Origin: an uncultured Gemmatimonadales bacterium
GTDB taxonomy: Bacteria > Gemmatimonadota > Gemmatimonadetes > Gemmatimonadales > Gemmatimonadaceae
Assembly (NCBI GenBank): GCA_963850905.1
Contig: CAWKMU010000003.1
Coordinates: 1,056,001-1,120,000 of the forward strand
Length of the DNA stretch: 64,000 nucleotides
Direction of reading: 5' to 3'
Shown: positions 1 through 11,200 of the stretch, piece by piece
How positions within the stretch are numbered: position 1 is the stretch's first letter
Layout: every line of letters starts with the position of its first letter
The notes under the pieces: generated by a model
Seen by the model: the letters and a program-made list of their open reading frames with translations, nothing else
What the model was told of the DNA's origin: nothing
Database searches by the model: none
Translations under genes and position numbers: made by a program

Positions 1-849
1 GACGACGATCAGTCCCAGCCACTTGTTGGCGGTGACCGCGTCGAGGCCGCGTACCCGGATCAAGAATGTCACCATCCAGATGCTGATGCCGCCGAACGCG
101 AACGTGTACGCGGCATACCCGAGCACCGTGAGGATGTATTCGCGGTTGTGGGTGAGCGAACGATACGCCCCCAAACCCTGCACACTGGCGGGTGCCGCGG
201 AGTACATCCCGACATTTGCCTCGCGGGTGTCGTGCGCGCCTGGCGCGGGGTTGCGCAGCATTAGCGTCAGGGCGGCGACCACGAGGCCGGGTAACCCGAC
301 GACGAAGAATGCGGCGCGCCAGCCGGCGCGGTGATCGACATACCCCCCGATCAGGAACCCGAGCGCCGCACCGACCGGGATGGCGGCGTAGAACACCCCA
401 AAGACGCGCCCGCGCAGTCGTTCGGGGAAATAGTCCGCCAGGACCGCGGGGGCGATCGCCGAGTACGCTGCCTCGCCGATTCCGACGGTCGCGCGGGCGC
501 CAAGCAACGATTCGTAGTTCTGCGCCAGCCCAGCGGCAGCCGTCGCGAGGCTCCACAACGCAATGCCCACGGCAACCAAACGGAGCCGCCAGGGACGGCT
601 CCCATAGAAGCCAAAGACGGGGGCGGTGAGCATGTAGACCCAGAGGAACGCGGTCGCCAGGAATCCGATCTGGAGGTCGGATGGCTGCAACGCGGAGTGC
701 TTGATGCTTTCCTGCACCGCTGGGACGACGAACCGATCGATGTAGTTGAACAGGTTGATGAGCGTGAGGACGGCCAGCGCCATCCACGCCGCGCGGGGCG
801 GCGCGTCGCGCTCGTGATTTTGCATGGGCGCCGGGGCGATGGTCGCCAT
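1..849 (-). CDS. MFS transporter, spinster-like (5' part; runs off the left edge)
   Basis: Manual translation of the minus strand from ATG 849 (alternative 825): ...WMALAVLTLINLFNYIDRFVVPAV...ARATVGIGEAAYSAIAPAVLADYFPERLRGRVFGVFYAAIPVGAALG. These are typical MFS/spinster motifs. No stop before position 1, so it is absent from the ORF track. Confidence 0.85.
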   Translation of the reverse strand, partial: MATIAPAPMQNHERDAPPRAAWMALAVLTLINLFNYIDRFVVPAVQESIKHSALQPSDLQIGFLATAFLWVYMLTAPVFGFYGSRPWRLRLVAVGIALWSLATAAAGLAQNYESLLGARATVGIGEAAYSAIAPAVLADYFPERLRGRVFGVFYAAIPVGAALGFLIGGYVDHRAGWRAAFFVVGLPGLVVAALTLMLRNPAPGAHDTREANVGMYSAAPASVQGLGAYRSLTHNREYILTVLGYAAYTFAFGGISIWMVTFLIRVRGLDAVTANKWLGLIVV

Positions 850-941
850 CGTGGGGCCAAAGGTCGGTATCCGCCCTTTGAATGGCAACGGCCAAGGGTG
901 GTTCGTGCACGGGACCGCCGCGAACGTAACGTTGTTGTCGT

Positions 942-973
942 CCCCTGACCCCTGACTCCTGGTCCCCGATCCC
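942..973. repeat. Tandem heptamer tract (CCCCTGA-like), single arm
   Basis: cccctga cccctga ctcctgg tccccga tccc, immediately before the TTG start at 974. Confidence 0.6.
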
Positions 974-1969
974 TTGCTTCTCGACTGCCACGTTCACACG
1001 GCTGCATTGCTCCCGGGCCATGGTCGCGTCTCCGAGCGCGCGCGCGCGAGTCTCGCGTTCCGCATCCTCCGCCGACAGCTCGGACTCTCCGCCGATGCTG
1101 ACGACGCAGCCACCGAGCAGGCGCTGGAGCACACGCTGCTCGACACACTGGCTGGTGCGCCGGAGGTGGATGCAGCCGTCGTCCTCGCGTTCGATCGCGT
1201 CTATGCCCGCGACGGACGGGCTGATGAGGCGGCCACGCATTTCTACGTGGCGAACGACTACGTGGCGGCCCTCGCGGCTAAACACTCCAAGATCCGCTTT
1301 GGGGCGTCCGTTCATCCCTACCGGCGCGACGCCGCCCAAGAGATTGAGCGCTGTGTGAAGGCAGGTGCCGTGCTGTGCAAGTGGTTGCCGATCACCCATC
1401 GATTCGATCCCGCCGATCCGTTGTGCGTGCCGGCCTACGAGGCGCTGGCACATTTCCGTCTGCCGTTGCTCAGCCATACGGGGTGGGAGCACGTGCTGCC
1501 TAAGCTCGACCGCACCGTCGCCGCTCCCGCGCGTCTCGTCCCGGCCCTGGAGCGAGGCGTAACGGTCATCGCCGCACACTGCGGGACCGGCAGAGTACCC
1601 GGCGAGGGCACGTACCTCGACCAGTTCATGCGGCTCGCACACGAACACGAGCGACTGTACGGCGACACGGCAGCGTTGAGCCTGCCCAATCGTTGGGGGG
1701 CCTACAATGCACTCCTCCGCGACGAGGTTGTGAGAGCCAAACTCGTGCATGGCAGTGATTGGCCAGTCCCCGCGTACCCGCGCCCGTGGCGACATGGTTG
1801 GCGAGCAGCCCGCGCGCTCATGGCCGAGCGGAACCAGTTGCGGCGCGACCTGCGGATCAAGCAGGCTCTGGGCTTCGACGACGCGTATTGGGGACGTGCA
1901 GCCAAGGTTCTGCGGATAGACGCCCGCACGCACACATCAACGACGGATCACGCCCCTGGCACGCCGTGA
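974..1969 (+). CDS. Amidohydrolase family protein (amidohydrolase_2-like)
   Basis: N-terminal DCHVH metal motif, ASVHPY, LLSHTG, IAAHCG and HGSDWP motifs. Confidence 0.8.
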   Translation: MLLDCHVHTAALLPGHGRVSERARASLAFRILRRQLGLSADADDAATEQALEHTLLDTLAGAPEVDAAVVLAFDRVYARDGRADEAATHFYVANDYVAALAAKHSKIRFGASVHPYRRDAAQEIERCVKAGAVLCKWLPITHRFDPADPLCVPAYEALAHFRLPLLSHTGWEHVLPKLDRTVAAPARLVPALERGVTVIAAHCGTGRVPGEGTYLDQFMRLAHEHERLYGDTAALSLPNRWGAYNALLRDEVVRAKLVHGSDWPVPAYPRPWRHGWRAARALMAERNQLRRDLRIKQALGFDDAYWGRAAKVLRIDARTHTSTTDHAPGTP

Positions 1970-2162
1970 CTGGCGGCGCGCCGTGACTGGGTTTGCGGGT
2001 GCTCCTGTGCCCCGGGCACCGCATGCGTCACCCCTACCCGGCGGCGGCCAAACTCGCGGGCTCTCCGGACGCCCTTGTGCGACCGTAGATTTGCTGGCTC
2101 ACCGCCCATGTTCCGTCGGACCTGACCCCCGCACCTCAACCCCTAGTTTTCTGCCCCCTGCC

Positions 2163-4778
2163 GTGTTGCCCGCCACACCCCTCATGCAGCAGTACCGGGA
2201 GATCAAGGCTCGGCACCAGGACGCCATCCTGTTGTTTCGCATGGGCGACTTCTACGAGATGTTCTTCGAGGACGCGGAGGTGGGAGCGCGGGCCCTGGGT
2301 CTCACGCTGACGGCGCGGAACAACGGCGGCGCAGCCGCCGTCCCCCTTGCCGGGGTACCGGTCAAAGCGGTGAGTGAGTACGTCCGCCGCCTGATCCAAC
2401 AAGGGTTTCGGGTCGCGGTCTGCGACCAGGTGGAAGATCCCAAGCTCGCCAAAGGCGTCGTGCGACGGGAAGTCGTAGAGACGGTCACCCCGGGCGCAGC
2501 GTTCGCCGACGAGCTGCTGGAGCCGATGCGCAACAACTTTCTCTGCGCGGTCGCCGTGGCTCCCCCGCACCCGCGAGAGAAGGCGCGCACCGCGGCGCCC
2601 GATCGGCCGCCAATGGTGGGCATCGCGGGATGCGATCTCTCGACGGGCGAGCTCCGACTCACCACGGTCGCTGTCGCAGACGCGACGGCCGTGTTTGCGC
2701 GGCTCGCCCCGCGTGAATTACTGCTTGCCCGCGGCAGCACACTCCCGGCGGAAGTCCTAACCGATCGGCTGCTTCTGACCGAGCGTGAAGGCTGGGAGTT
2801 CGACCCCGCGTTGGCAGCCGACGCGCTCACACGTCAGTTCAGCGTGGCGTCGCTGGAGGGGCTCGGCGTGGGCGAGACCGACGCGGTCGCGATCGGCGCG
2901 GCCGGCGCCTTGCTGCGGTACCTGCGCGAGCTACAGCCGGCCGGCCTCCCGCATCTCGCGCCGCCGATCATCGAGCGACCCGAGGGCATCGTCCCGCTGG
3001 ACGACATGACCCGTCGGAACCTGGAGCTCGTCGAATCGCTTCGCGGCGGTGACCAGGACGGCACACTGCTGGATGTGCTCGACGATACGTTGACACCAAT
3101 GGGAGCTCGGCTCCTGCGACAGTGGCTCCTGGCACCGCTGACTGACCGCGCGGCGATCGACCAGCGGCTGACACGCGTTGCGGCGCTCGTTGGCGATCCC
3201 CTCGCTCGCGCAGCGCTCCGCGCTGCACTGGATGGCGTTCGCGATCTGGAGCGCCTGGCCGGCAAGGCAGCCGCTCAACGCGCGACCCCTCGCGAGTTGC
3301 GGGCACTCGGTGATTCGATTGCACGCCTGAGCCAGGTGGCAGAGGCCGTCAGCCGCGTTGGTCGCGGCCCGGGTGAAATCGGTGAAATGGCCTTCGCCAA
3401 TTACCTCACCGCTTGGGATGATTGCGCTGATCTCGGGGATCCCATTCGCCATGCTTTGGTGGAGCGTCCGCCCGTGACGATCGGCGACGAGCCCGCGATC
3501 GCCGTCGGGGTGGACACCATGCTGGACGAGCTTCGGGCGTTGCGCGATGGTGGTCGAGACCAGATTGCGGCCATGCAGGCTGCCGAGCGCCAGCGGACGG
3601 GGATTTCATCGCTCAAGATTGGCTACAATCGCGTCTTCGGCTATTACATCGAGATCACCAATGCGCACCGGGCGGCGATCCCGGCCGACTACCAGCGACG
3701 ACAGACGCTCACGGGCGCCGAGCGCTATGTGACCCCCGCGCTGAAAGAGTACGAGGAGCGGGTGCTGACGGCCGCCGAGCGCATCGAGGCACGCGAGCGC
3801 GAGCTGTTCGAAGGACTTCGGGACGCCGCGGGACGCGGGGCGGCCCGACTGCAACGCGTGGCGCGACTCGTAGCGGAGCTCGACGTCCTCGCGTCGTTCG
3901 CCCAGGTCGCGCAGCGCGAGCGCTACACTCGACCGACGATCACAGAAGAGTATGCGCTCGAGATTCGCGGCGGCCGCCACCCCGTCGTCGAACGCATGAT
4001 GCCGCGCGAGCAGTTCATCCCCAACGACGCATCGTTGACCCAGTCCGCGCGCGTGATCGTGCTGACAGGTCCCAACATGGCGGGGAAGTCGACCCTGCTG
4101 CGACAGATCGGGCTCATCGTCCTCATGGCGCAGATTGGGAGCTTTGTTCCGGCGACCGTCGCAACGATCGGGATCGTCGATCGGCTCTTCACCCGCGTCG
4201 GGGCGAGCGATAACCTCGTGCGTGGACAGTCGACGTTCATGGTGGAAATGGCGGAGACGAGCGCGATCCTGCGCACGGCGACAGCGCGCAGTCTGGTGCT
4301 TCTGGATGAGATCGGCCGCGGGACCTCGACGTACGACGGCGTGTCCATCGCGTGGGCGGTCACCGAGCACATCCACAACGTGCTGGGCTCGAAGACGATC
4401 TTCGCGACGCACTATCATGAGCTCACGCAGCTGGCCGATGACCTCAGCGCAGTCCGCAACTTCAATGTCGCGGTCCGCGAGGTCGGCGAGCGTGTCCTGT
4501 TCCTGCACCGCATGGAGCCCGGCGGCGCCGATCGCTCCTACGGCATCGAGGTCGGACGGCTGGCCGGGCTGCCCGACACGGTGCTCGCTCGCGCCCGGAG
4601 CGTCCTCGCACTGCTCGAAGCCGAGCAATTGGCGGCGTCCCGCGTCACTGCAGGACCGGGGCACTCGCGCGGGCTGCGTCGCCAAGTTCCGCGTGAGCAA
4701 TTGGGCTTGTTCGCGAACCCCCCAAGACTGCGACACGAGGGAAGCGGGGCACCGGAACCTCCGGCCCCCGAGGCCTAG
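2163..4778 (+). CDS. mutS: DNA mismatch repair protein MutS
   Basis: TPLMQQY...FRMGDFYEMF mismatch-binding motif, GPNMAGKS Walker A, STFMVEM, DEIGRGTST, FATHYHEL, and a C-terminal QLGLF clamp-binding motif. Start moved to in-frame GTG 2163 (ORF track start 1983). Confidence 0.96.
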   Translation: MLPATPLMQQYREIKARHQDAILLFRMGDFYEMFFEDAEVGARALGLTLTARNNGGAAAVPLAGVPVKAVSEYVRRLIQQGFRVAVCDQVEDPKLAKGVVRREVVETVTPGAAFADELLEPMRNNFLCAVAVAPPHPREKARTAAPDRPPMVGIAGCDLSTGELRLTTVAVADATAVFARLAPRELLLARGSTLPAEVLTDRLLLTEREGWEFDPALAADALTRQFSVASLEGLGVGETDAVAIGAAGALLRYLRELQPAGLPHLAPPIIERPEGIVPLDDMTRRNLELVESLRGGDQDGTLLDVLDDTLTPMGARLLRQWLLAPLTDRAAIDQRLTRVAALVGDPLARAALRAALDGVRDLERLAGKAAAQRATPRELRALGDSIARLSQVAEAVSRVGRGPGEIGEMAFANYLTAWDDCADLGDPIRHALVERPPVTIGDEPAIAVGVDTMLDELRALRDGGRDQIAAMQAAERQRTGISSLKIGYNRVFGYYIEITNAHRAAIPADYQRRQTLTGAERYVTPALKEYEERVLTAAERIEARERELFEGLRDAAGRGAARLQRVARLVAELDVLASFAQVAQRERYTRPTITEEYALEIRGGRHPVVERMMPREQFIPNDASLTQSARVIVLTGPNMAGKSTLLRQIGLIVLMAQIGSFVPATVATIGIVDRLFTRVGASDNLVRGQSTFMVEMAETSAILRTATARSLVLLDEIGRGTSTYDGVSIAWAVTEHIHNVLGSKTIFATHYHELTQLADDLSAVRNFNVAVREVGERVLFLHRMEPGGADRSYGIEVGRLAGLPDTVLARARSVLALLEAEQLAASRVTAGPGHSRGLRRQVPREQLGLFANPPRLRHEGSGAPEPPAPEA

Positions 4779-4902
4779 GGACGAGGACGGTTGTTGGTGT
4801 CTACTTTCTACTTTCTGTCGGTCAACTCTCTCGGGCGCGCAGCGCCCGCGGCATATTTCGATGTTTGTCTCTGACCCCGGAACCCGAACCCCGGCAGCCT
4901 CC

Positions 4903-6063
4903 ATGTCCGACACCTTCACGGCCAGCACTTCCGCGCCCGCCCACGCGGCGCCTGAATCGCTTCGCCGCACCCCGCTGACGGACGTTCACATCGCACTCGG
5001 CGCCAAGATGGTGCCGTTTGCCGGCTATCTCATGCCCGTCCAGTATCCGACGGGCATTACGGCCGAGCACATGGCGGTTCGGACGCGGGTCGGGCTGTTC
5101 GACGTGAGCCACATGGGCGAATTCGAGGTTCGTGGGCCTCAGGCGCTCGCGTTTGTGGATTACGTGACCACGAACAACGTCGGTGCGCTCGCCATCGGCC
5201 AGGTTCACTACTCCACGATTCTCAACTCGCGTGGTACAATCGAGGATGACTGTCTCGTGTACCGCTACGCGGACCACGTCATGCTGGTGGTCAACGCGTC
5301 CAACCGCGAGAAGGATTGGCGGCTGTTGGACGCGGCCCGGGCCGAACGCGGGTTCGCGTGCCAGATGACCGATGTCAGCGATCAGGTGGCGCTGCTGGCC
5401 TTACAGGGGCCGGAGGCAGTACGCGTCCTCGGTTCACTCACCGCGACCAACCTCGATGCGATCGGGTACTATCATTTCGCGCTCGGAACCGTTGCCGGTG
5501 TATCGGCGACGATCTCGCGCACGGGATACACAGGCGAGGATGGATTCGAGTTGTACGTGCCCGCGGCCGACGCCGTTCGTCTCTGGCAGGCGCTCACGCG
5601 TTCGGAAGCAGGCATGCCGGCGGTCACGCCGGCCGGGCTTGGCGCCCGAGACTCCCTCCGGCTCGAGATGGGGATGGCGCTCTACGGCAACGACATCGAC
5701 GACACGGTGACGCCGCTCGAGGCCAACCTCGGCTGGCTCGTCAAGGTGAACAAAGGCGAGTTCGTCGGACGCGACGCGCTCATGGCGCAACGCGCCGCAG
5801 GCGTGCCACGCAAGCTCGTTGGATTCACGACGGAGGGTCGCACATTTCCACGGCCCGGATACCCGGTGTCGCACGACGGACGAGCGTCGGGCACGGTGCG
5901 GAGCGGCACCGTGAGTCCCGTGTTGGGCATCGGGATCGGCACTTGCTACCTGCCGACAGCAGACTCGGCACCTGGCACCACGATCGAAATCGACGTACGC
6001 GCAAAACCGGCGACGGCAACCGTCGCCCGAACGCCGTTTTACACCAAGGGCAGTCACAAGTGA
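4903..6063 (+). CDS. gcvT: Glycine cleavage system aminomethyltransferase T
   Basis: [22 protein letters not shown] and [13 protein letters not shown] motifs. Likely start ATG 4903 (alternative 4861). Confidence 0.95.
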   Translation: MSDTFTASTSAPAHAAPESLRRTPLTDVHIALGAKMVPFAGYLMPVQYPTGITAEHMAVRTRVGLFDVSHMGEFEVRGPQALAFVDYVTTNNVGALAIGQVHYSTILNSRGTIEDDCLVYRYADHVMLVVNASNREKDWRLLDAARAERGFACQMTDVSDQVALLALQGPEAVRVLGSLTATNLDAIGYYHFALGTVAGVSATISRTGYTGEDGFELYVPAADAVRLWQALTRSEAGMPAVTPAGLGARDSLRLEMGMALYGNDIDDTVTPLEANLGWLVKVNKGEFVGRDALMAQRAAGVPRKLVGFTTEGRTFPRPGYPVSHDGRASGTVRSGTVSPVLGIGIGTCYLPTADSAPGTTIEIDVRAKPATATVARTPFYTKGSHK

Positions 6064-6097
6064 GCGGTCACAGCGCTCTTCGAAGAGGCTATCGCAC

Positions 6098-9076
6098 ATG
6101 ACCGAACTTTCCCCGGAGCCAGGTCGTGCTCCGTTGACAGACCATCACAGCTTTGTCTCGCGCCATATCGGGCCGACCGCTGTCGACGCGACCGCGATGG
6201 CGCGCGTAATGGGTTACGACTCCGTGGACGCGGTAATCGACGCGACGATACCGGAGAGCATCCGGCTCCGCCGGCCGCTCGCGCTCGGGACAGGCCAGAG
6301 TGAGCTCGAGGCATTAGCTGACTTCCGGCGCGTCGCGGGTCGCAACGAAGTGTTCCGCTCCTTCATCGGGCTGGGGTACAACGACTGCCTTACGCCGCCC
6401 GTGATCCAGCGCAACATCCTGGAAAACCCCGGTTGGTACACGGCGTACACGCCGTATCAAGCGGAGGTGGCCCAGGGGCGCCTCGAGGCCCTGTTGAATT
6501 ACCAGACCATGGTGTGTGATCTCACCGGTCTCGCGGTGAGCAATGCATCGTTGTTGGACGAGGCGACCGCGGCGGCGGAAGCGATGGGCGTCGCGTGGGC
6601 GGCACGCGGCTCGGCCGATCGCTCGCTGTTCTTTGTCTCGCACGACTGTCATCCGCAGACCATCGAGGTCGTGCGGACCCGCGCCAAAGCCCGAGGGATC
6701 GGCGTCGTCGTCGGAGACCACCGCTCCTTCGCGTTTGGTCCGACCGTGTTCGGCGCGCTCGTGCAGTATCCTGCGAGTGATGGAGCGATCTACGACTACG
6801 CATCCCTTCGCTCGACCCTCGGCGAATCGGCGCTGTTGATCGCCGCCGCTGACCTCTTGAGCCTTACCCTGCTCGCACCTCCTGGCGCGTGGGGTGCCGA
6901 CATCGCTGTGGGGAGCAGTCAGCGCTTTGGCGTCCCGTTGGGCTTTGGCGGACCACACGCGGCGTTCTTCGCGTGCCGGGAAGAGTTCACGCGCCAGGTC
7001 CCGGGCCGTGTGATCGGCGTGTCACGGGACGTCGACGGGCGACCGGCGCTCAGAATGGCACTGCAAACGCGAGAACAGCACATCCGACGTGAGAAGGCGA
7101 CCAGCAACATCTGCACGGCGGAAGTCCTGCTCGCGGTCATGGCGGGGATGTATGCCGTGTGGCATGGCCCCGAGGGCCTTCGTCGCATCGCGGCTCGCAT
7201 TCATCGGCTGGCCAGCACGTTTGCGGAAGGGGTTCGCCGACTTGGCTATGGCGTCGCTCACGACACGTTCTTCGATACCGTGCGAGTGGAGCTGCGACGG
7301 CGGAAGCTGAGCGAGCTCCTGCGGGAGGCGCGGGCGCAACACATCAACGTGCGCGTCTTCGCGGACGAGGATGGGCCTCCCTCGGTCGGTGTCTCGATCC
7401 AGGAAACGACCACACTCGACGACCTCGCGGATCTCTTCACCGTCTTCAACGGCGGCGAGCCTGCGCCATTCACACCTGAGGAGCTAGCGCGAACGGTCAC
7501 CGACAGGTTTGCGGAGCCGGTGGCGCGGCATACGCCCTATCTCACGCATCCCGTCTTCAACAGCTACCACTCTGAAACGGAGATGCTCCGCTTTATCCGC
7601 CGATTGGAGGCCCGTGATCTCTCGCTCACGACGTCGATGATCCCACTCGGCTCGTGCACGATGAAGCTCAACGCGACGGCGGAGATGTTCCCGGTCACGT
7701 GGCGTGAGATCTCGCAAATCCATCCCTTCGCGCCAGCTGAGCAGACGAACGGATATTCGGTTCTCTTCGAGAGGTTGGAGTCGGCTCTGGGCGAAATCAC
7801 CGGCCTCCCTGGCATTTCGCTGCAGCCGAACGCGGGCTCACAAGGCGAGTATGCTGGACTGCTCGTGATTCGTCGCTACCACGAAGCCCGGGGTGAGGGT
7901 CGGACGCGCGCCGTGTGTCTGATCCCGCAGTCCGCGCACGGCACCAATCCCGCGAGCGCCGTCATGGCGGGGCTGCGAGTCGTCGTGGTGAAAACCGACG
8001 CGCGGGGCAACGTGGATCTCACCGACCTCCGCGTCAAGGCCGAGCAGCACCGACAGGAGCTGGCCGCCCTGATGATCACCTATCCGTCGACCCACGGTGT
8101 CTTCGAGGAGAGCATTCGCGACGTCTGCTCGATCGTGCACGCTGCGGGAGGCCAGGTCTATCTCGATGGGGCAAACATGAACGCCATGGTCGGACTGTGT
8201 CGACCGGGCGACATGGGCGCGGATGTCTGTCACATCAATCTGCACAAAACCTTCTGCATCCCGCATGGCGGCGGCGGACCGGGCATGGGCCCGATCGCGG
8301 TGGCGCCGCACCTCGCGCCCTTCCTCCCGGCGCATCCGCTGACCGACGTCGGCGGCGGCGTGGAAGCGATCGGCCCCGTGTCGGCCGCCCCGTGGGGGAG
8401 CGCCAGTATCCTGCCGATCTCCTACATGTACATGCAGATGATGGGGCGTGACGGGCTGACCGAGGCGAGCAAGATCGCGATCCTCAACGCCAACTACATC
8501 GCGCATCGACTCGATGCGCACTTTCCCGTCCTGTACAAAGGCACGCACGGCCTCGTCGCGCACGAGTGCATTCTCGACTGTCGGCCCTACAAGGCTTCGG
8601 CGGGCGTGGAGGTCGAGGATATTGCCAAGCGACTCATGGACTACGGCTTCCACGCGCCGACGGTCTCGTTCCCGGTTGCCGGAACCCTCATGGTGGAACC
8701 AACCGAGAGCGAGTCACGAGGCGAGCTCGATCGGTTCTGCGAGGCGATGATCGCGATCCGCGGCGAGATTCGGGAGATCGAGGAAGGTCGTGCGAGCCGC
8801 GCGGACAATGTGCTCAAGCGCGCCCCGCACACGCTCGCACAGGTCGCCGCAAACGAGTGGAATCGTCCGTATGGTCGGGAGACCGCCGCGTTTCCGGCAG
8901 CCTGGACCCGCACGCACAAGTTCTGGCCCTCCGTTGGTCGTATCGACGCGGCCTTCGGTGATCGTACGCTGGTGTGTGCCTGTCCGCCGATCGAAGCCTA
9001 CACGGCGGCTGCATCCGCCCCGGTGAGCGGAGCTCCGGCGATCGACGGTCGAGAAACGGTCCACGGCTCATCGTGA
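6098..9076 (+). CDS. gcvP: Glycine dehydrogenase (decarboxylating), single-chain P protein
   Basis: [32 protein letters not shown] and the PLP-lysine motif [18 protein letters not shown]. 992 aa. Confidence 0.96.
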   Translation: MTELSPEPGRAPLTDHHSFVSRHIGPTAVDATAMARVMGYDSVDAVIDATIPESIRLRRPLALGTGQSELEALADFRRVAGRNEVFRSFIGLGYNDCLTPPVIQRNILENPGWYTAYTPYQAEVAQGRLEALLNYQTMVCDLTGLAVSNASLLDEATAAAEAMGVAWAARGSADRSLFFVSHDCHPQTIEVVRTRAKARGIGVVVGDHRSFAFGPTVFGALVQYPASDGAIYDYASLRSTLGESALLIAAADLLSLTLLAPPGAWGADIAVGSSQRFGVPLGFGGPHAAFFACREEFTRQVPGRVIGVSRDVDGRPALRMALQTREQHIRREKATSNICTAEVLLAVMAGMYAVWHGPEGLRRIAARIHRLASTFAEGVRRLGYGVAHDTFFDTVRVELRRRKLSELLREARAQHINVRVFADEDGPPSVGVSIQETTTLDDLADLFTVFNGGEPAPFTPEELARTVTDRFAEPVARHTPYLTHPVFNSYHSETEMLRFIRRLEARDLSLTTSMIPLGSCTMKLNATAEMFPVTWREISQIHPFAPAEQTNGYSVLFERLESALGEITGLPGISLQPNAGSQGEYAGLLVIRRYHEARGEGRTRAVCLIPQSAHGTNPASAVMAGLRVVVVKTDARGNVDLTDLRVKAEQHRQELAALMITYPSTHGVFEESIRDVCSIVHAAGGQVYLDGANMNAMVGLCRPGDMGADVCHINLHKTFCIPHGGGGPGMGPIAVAPHLAPFLPAHPLTDVGGGVEAIGPVSAAPWGSASILPISYMYMQMMGRDGLTEASKIAILNANYIAHRLDAHFPVLYKGTHGLVAHECILDCRPYKASAGVEVEDIAKRLMDYGFHAPTVSFPVAGTLMVEPTESESRGELDRFCEAMIAIRGEIREIEEGRASRADNVLKRAPHTLAQVAANEWNRPYGRETAAFPAAWTRTHKFWPSVGRIDAAFGDRTLVCACPPIEAYTAAASAPVSGAPAIDGRETVHGSS

Positions 9077-9114
9077 TCGTGCCGGCGCGTCGAGCAGCAG
9101 CTTTGGGGCGAGCG

Positions 9115-9675
9115 ATGGGAACCGGACACCGAGGGCGGGCCAGCGGCGTACTGCAATGCGTCACGCGTATCGCGGGGCTGGGCGTTGTCGTCGTGGGGGT
9201 CGCAGCGTGCGTCACCAAAGAGGACGCAAAGAAACTGGTGGAGGCTCTGCAGTCCGCCCAGCCGGCGCGACCCGACGTGCTCCCCGTCATGCTCAGTCAC
9301 GATGTGCCGGTGCATTACCCGCCCGCACTCTACGGCAAGAAAGCGCAAGGCAACGTCACGCTGCGGATTTTCATTGATTCGACTGGCCGCGTGCGTCCGG
9401 AATCGACCGTTGTTGCGGAGTCGTCCGGTGAGGCTGCATTCGACTCCGCAGCGGTCGCGGGAGTCAAAGATTTGCGCTTCAGTCCAGCACGGCGGCAGGG
9501 AGCACCGATGGCCGTATCCATTCTCTTTCCCATTTACTTCCGGCATCCCCAAGGGGCGCCAGTGCCCGGAGACAGCGTGCTGCACCGCGGCGTCGACAGC
9601 GTTGCGGCACGCGCGAACGCCAGCGTGCAGGTGCCGCTCGGGCGTAGCCAGCAACGCGACAGCGCAAGGAGGTAG
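9115..9675 (+). CDS. TonB family protein (TonB C-terminal domain, lipoprotein-like N-terminus)
   Basis: YPPALY...QGNVTLRIFIDSTGRV...SSG...FDSAAV...RFSPA pattern, with a hydrophobic stretch ending VAAC. Confidence 0.8.
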   Translation: MGTGHRGRASGVLQCVTRIAGLGVVVVGVAACVTKEDAKKLVEALQSAQPARPDVLPVMLSHDVPVHYPPALYGKKAQGNVTLRIFIDSTGRVRPESTVVAESSGEAAFDSAAVAGVKDLRFSPARRQGAPMAVSILFPIYFRHPQGAPVPGDSVLHRGVDSVAARANASVQVPLGRSQQRDSARR

Positions 9676-9676
9676 T

Positions 9677-11200
9677 GTGGCGCGGAACGGAACCGGGAGT
9701 CGGTCGACGCGCGGCGGCTCGCGGTCGAATCAGCGAACGCCGCAACGATCGAAGCGCGCTCGCGCGAAGGCGCCGGCTGTGGATCACCTCGCTCTCCCGT
9801 CGCAGTCGCGGCATACGCGTCCCTACGACAGCGTCCTCGAAACGATCGGCTGGACACCGCTGATTCGTCTGCACCGCGTGACGCGTGGTATTCGTACGCC
9901 AGTGTACGGCAAGGCCGAATTCTTCAATCCCGGCGGCTCGGTCAAGGACCGGATCGGCGTCCCGATCATCGAGCGCGCGGAGCGCGAGGGTCGTCTACGG
10001 CGCGGTGGCACGATTGTCGAGGGCACGAGCGGCAACACTGGTGTCGGTCTCGCGATCGCCGCCGCGCTGAAAGGCTACAAGTGCATCTTCACAATGCCGG
10101 ACAAGATGTCTCAGGAAAAAGTCCGGCTTCTCAAAGCGTTTGGGGCGCAGGTGATCGTCACACCGACGGCGGTCCCGCCTGACCACCCGGACAACTACGT
10201 GGTGATGGCGCGGCGCATCGCGTCGGAGACACCCAACGCCATCCTGGCGGACCAGTTCTACAACGCTGCCAATCCGGACGCGCACTATGAGACGACCGGT
10301 CCCGAGCTCTGGGAGCAGACTGAGGGGCGGATCACCCACTTCGTGGCAGCGGCCGGCACGGGCGGCACGGCCACCGGAGTTGGTCGCTACCTCAAGGAGC
10401 AGAACCCTGCGATTCGTGTGATCCTGGGCGACCCCCAGGGGTCGATCCTCGCCGAGAAATGGCGCACGCACGGGAAGGGCGCGGTCGAGGGCACGCCGTA
10501 CAAGGTCGAAGGCGTCGGGCAAGACAAGGTTCCCGGAACGCTCGATCTGGCGATCGTCGACGAATTCCACACGGTCAGCGATCGAGACAGCTTCTCGATG
10601 GCGCGGCGGTTGACCCGCGAAGAGGGGCTCTTCGTCGGAGGCTCTTCGGGCCTCATCGCCCACGTCGCGCTCGAACTCGCGCGCCGCATCAATGATCCGT
10701 CCGCATGCATCGTGACGTTCCTCTGCGACACGGGGGAGCGGTATCTGTCGAAGCTGTACAACGACGAGTGGATGCGTGAGAACCAGATGCTGGAGGCCGA
10801 TCGCGTGACGCTGTCCGAGGTCCTGCGAGGCAAGGACTCGAGCGAGCCCGCGGTAGTCGGGGCGGCCCCGGGATCGACTGTGCGACAGGCGCTGCGCCTC
10901 ATGAGCTTGCACGATGTGTCGCAGTTGCCTGTGATGGACCGCGAACGGTGCGTGGGCTCGATTTCCGACTGGGCACTGTCGGCGAAGAGCCTGGCGGATC
11001 CCAAGGTGCTCGATGCGACCGTGAGTGATGTGATGGAAGCGCCGTTCCCGATCGTGGATGCGAACCGATCGGCCGACTCGGTCGTCAAATTGCTGTCCAA
11101 GATGAGCCCCGCGGTGCTGGTCACCGATCCTGGGGGGACGACCGTTCGTGGCATCGTGACTCGGTCGGACCTGCTGCACTTCCTCATGGCGCGATCTTGA
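9677..11200 (+). CDS. Cystathionine beta-synthase (PLP domain plus C-terminal CBS domains)
   Basis: FFNPGGSVKDR, EGTSGNTG and AGTGGT motifs, then a CBS pair. AAGGAGG RBS before GTG 9677. Confidence 0.88.
   Translation: MARNGTGSRSTRGGSRSNQRTPQRSKRARAKAPAVDHLALPSQSRHTRPYDSVLETIGWTPLIRLHRVTRGIRTPVYGKAEFFNPGGSVKDRIGVPIIERAEREGRLRRGGTIVEGTSGNTGVGLAIAAALKGYKCIFTMPDKMSQEKVRLLKAFGAQVIVTPTAVPPDHPDNYVVMARRIASETPNAILADQFYNAANPDAHYETTGPELWEQTEGRITHFVAAAGTGGTATGVGRYLKEQNPAIRVILGDPQGSILAEKWRTHGKGAVEGTPYKVEGVGQDKVPGTLDLAIVDEFHTVSDRDSFSMARRLTREEGLFVGGSSGLIAHVALELARRINDPSACIVTFLCDTGERYLSKLYNDEWMRENQMLEADRVTLSEVLRGKDSSEPAVVGAAPGSTVRQALRLMSLHDVSQLPVMDRERCVGSISDWALSAKSLADPKVLDATVSDVMEAPFPIVDANRSADSVVKLLSKMSPAVLVTDPGGTTVRGIVTRSDLLHFLMARS

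Noticed and set aside
4135..4902. Long N-terminal extensions in the ORF track for gcvT (also cbs 9185, acyl-CoA dehydrogenase 27181, CoA-transferase 28584, PQQ-ADH 30507, copA 48967)
   Set aside because: They overlap upstream genes or repeats. Homologous motifs, RBS or -10 positions indicate later starts.
4779..4902. Glycine riboswitch upstream of gcvT
   Set aside because: Only a short hairpin (cgggcgc-gca-gcgcccg region) is visible, with no recognisable aptamer consensus. An Rfam scan would settle it.
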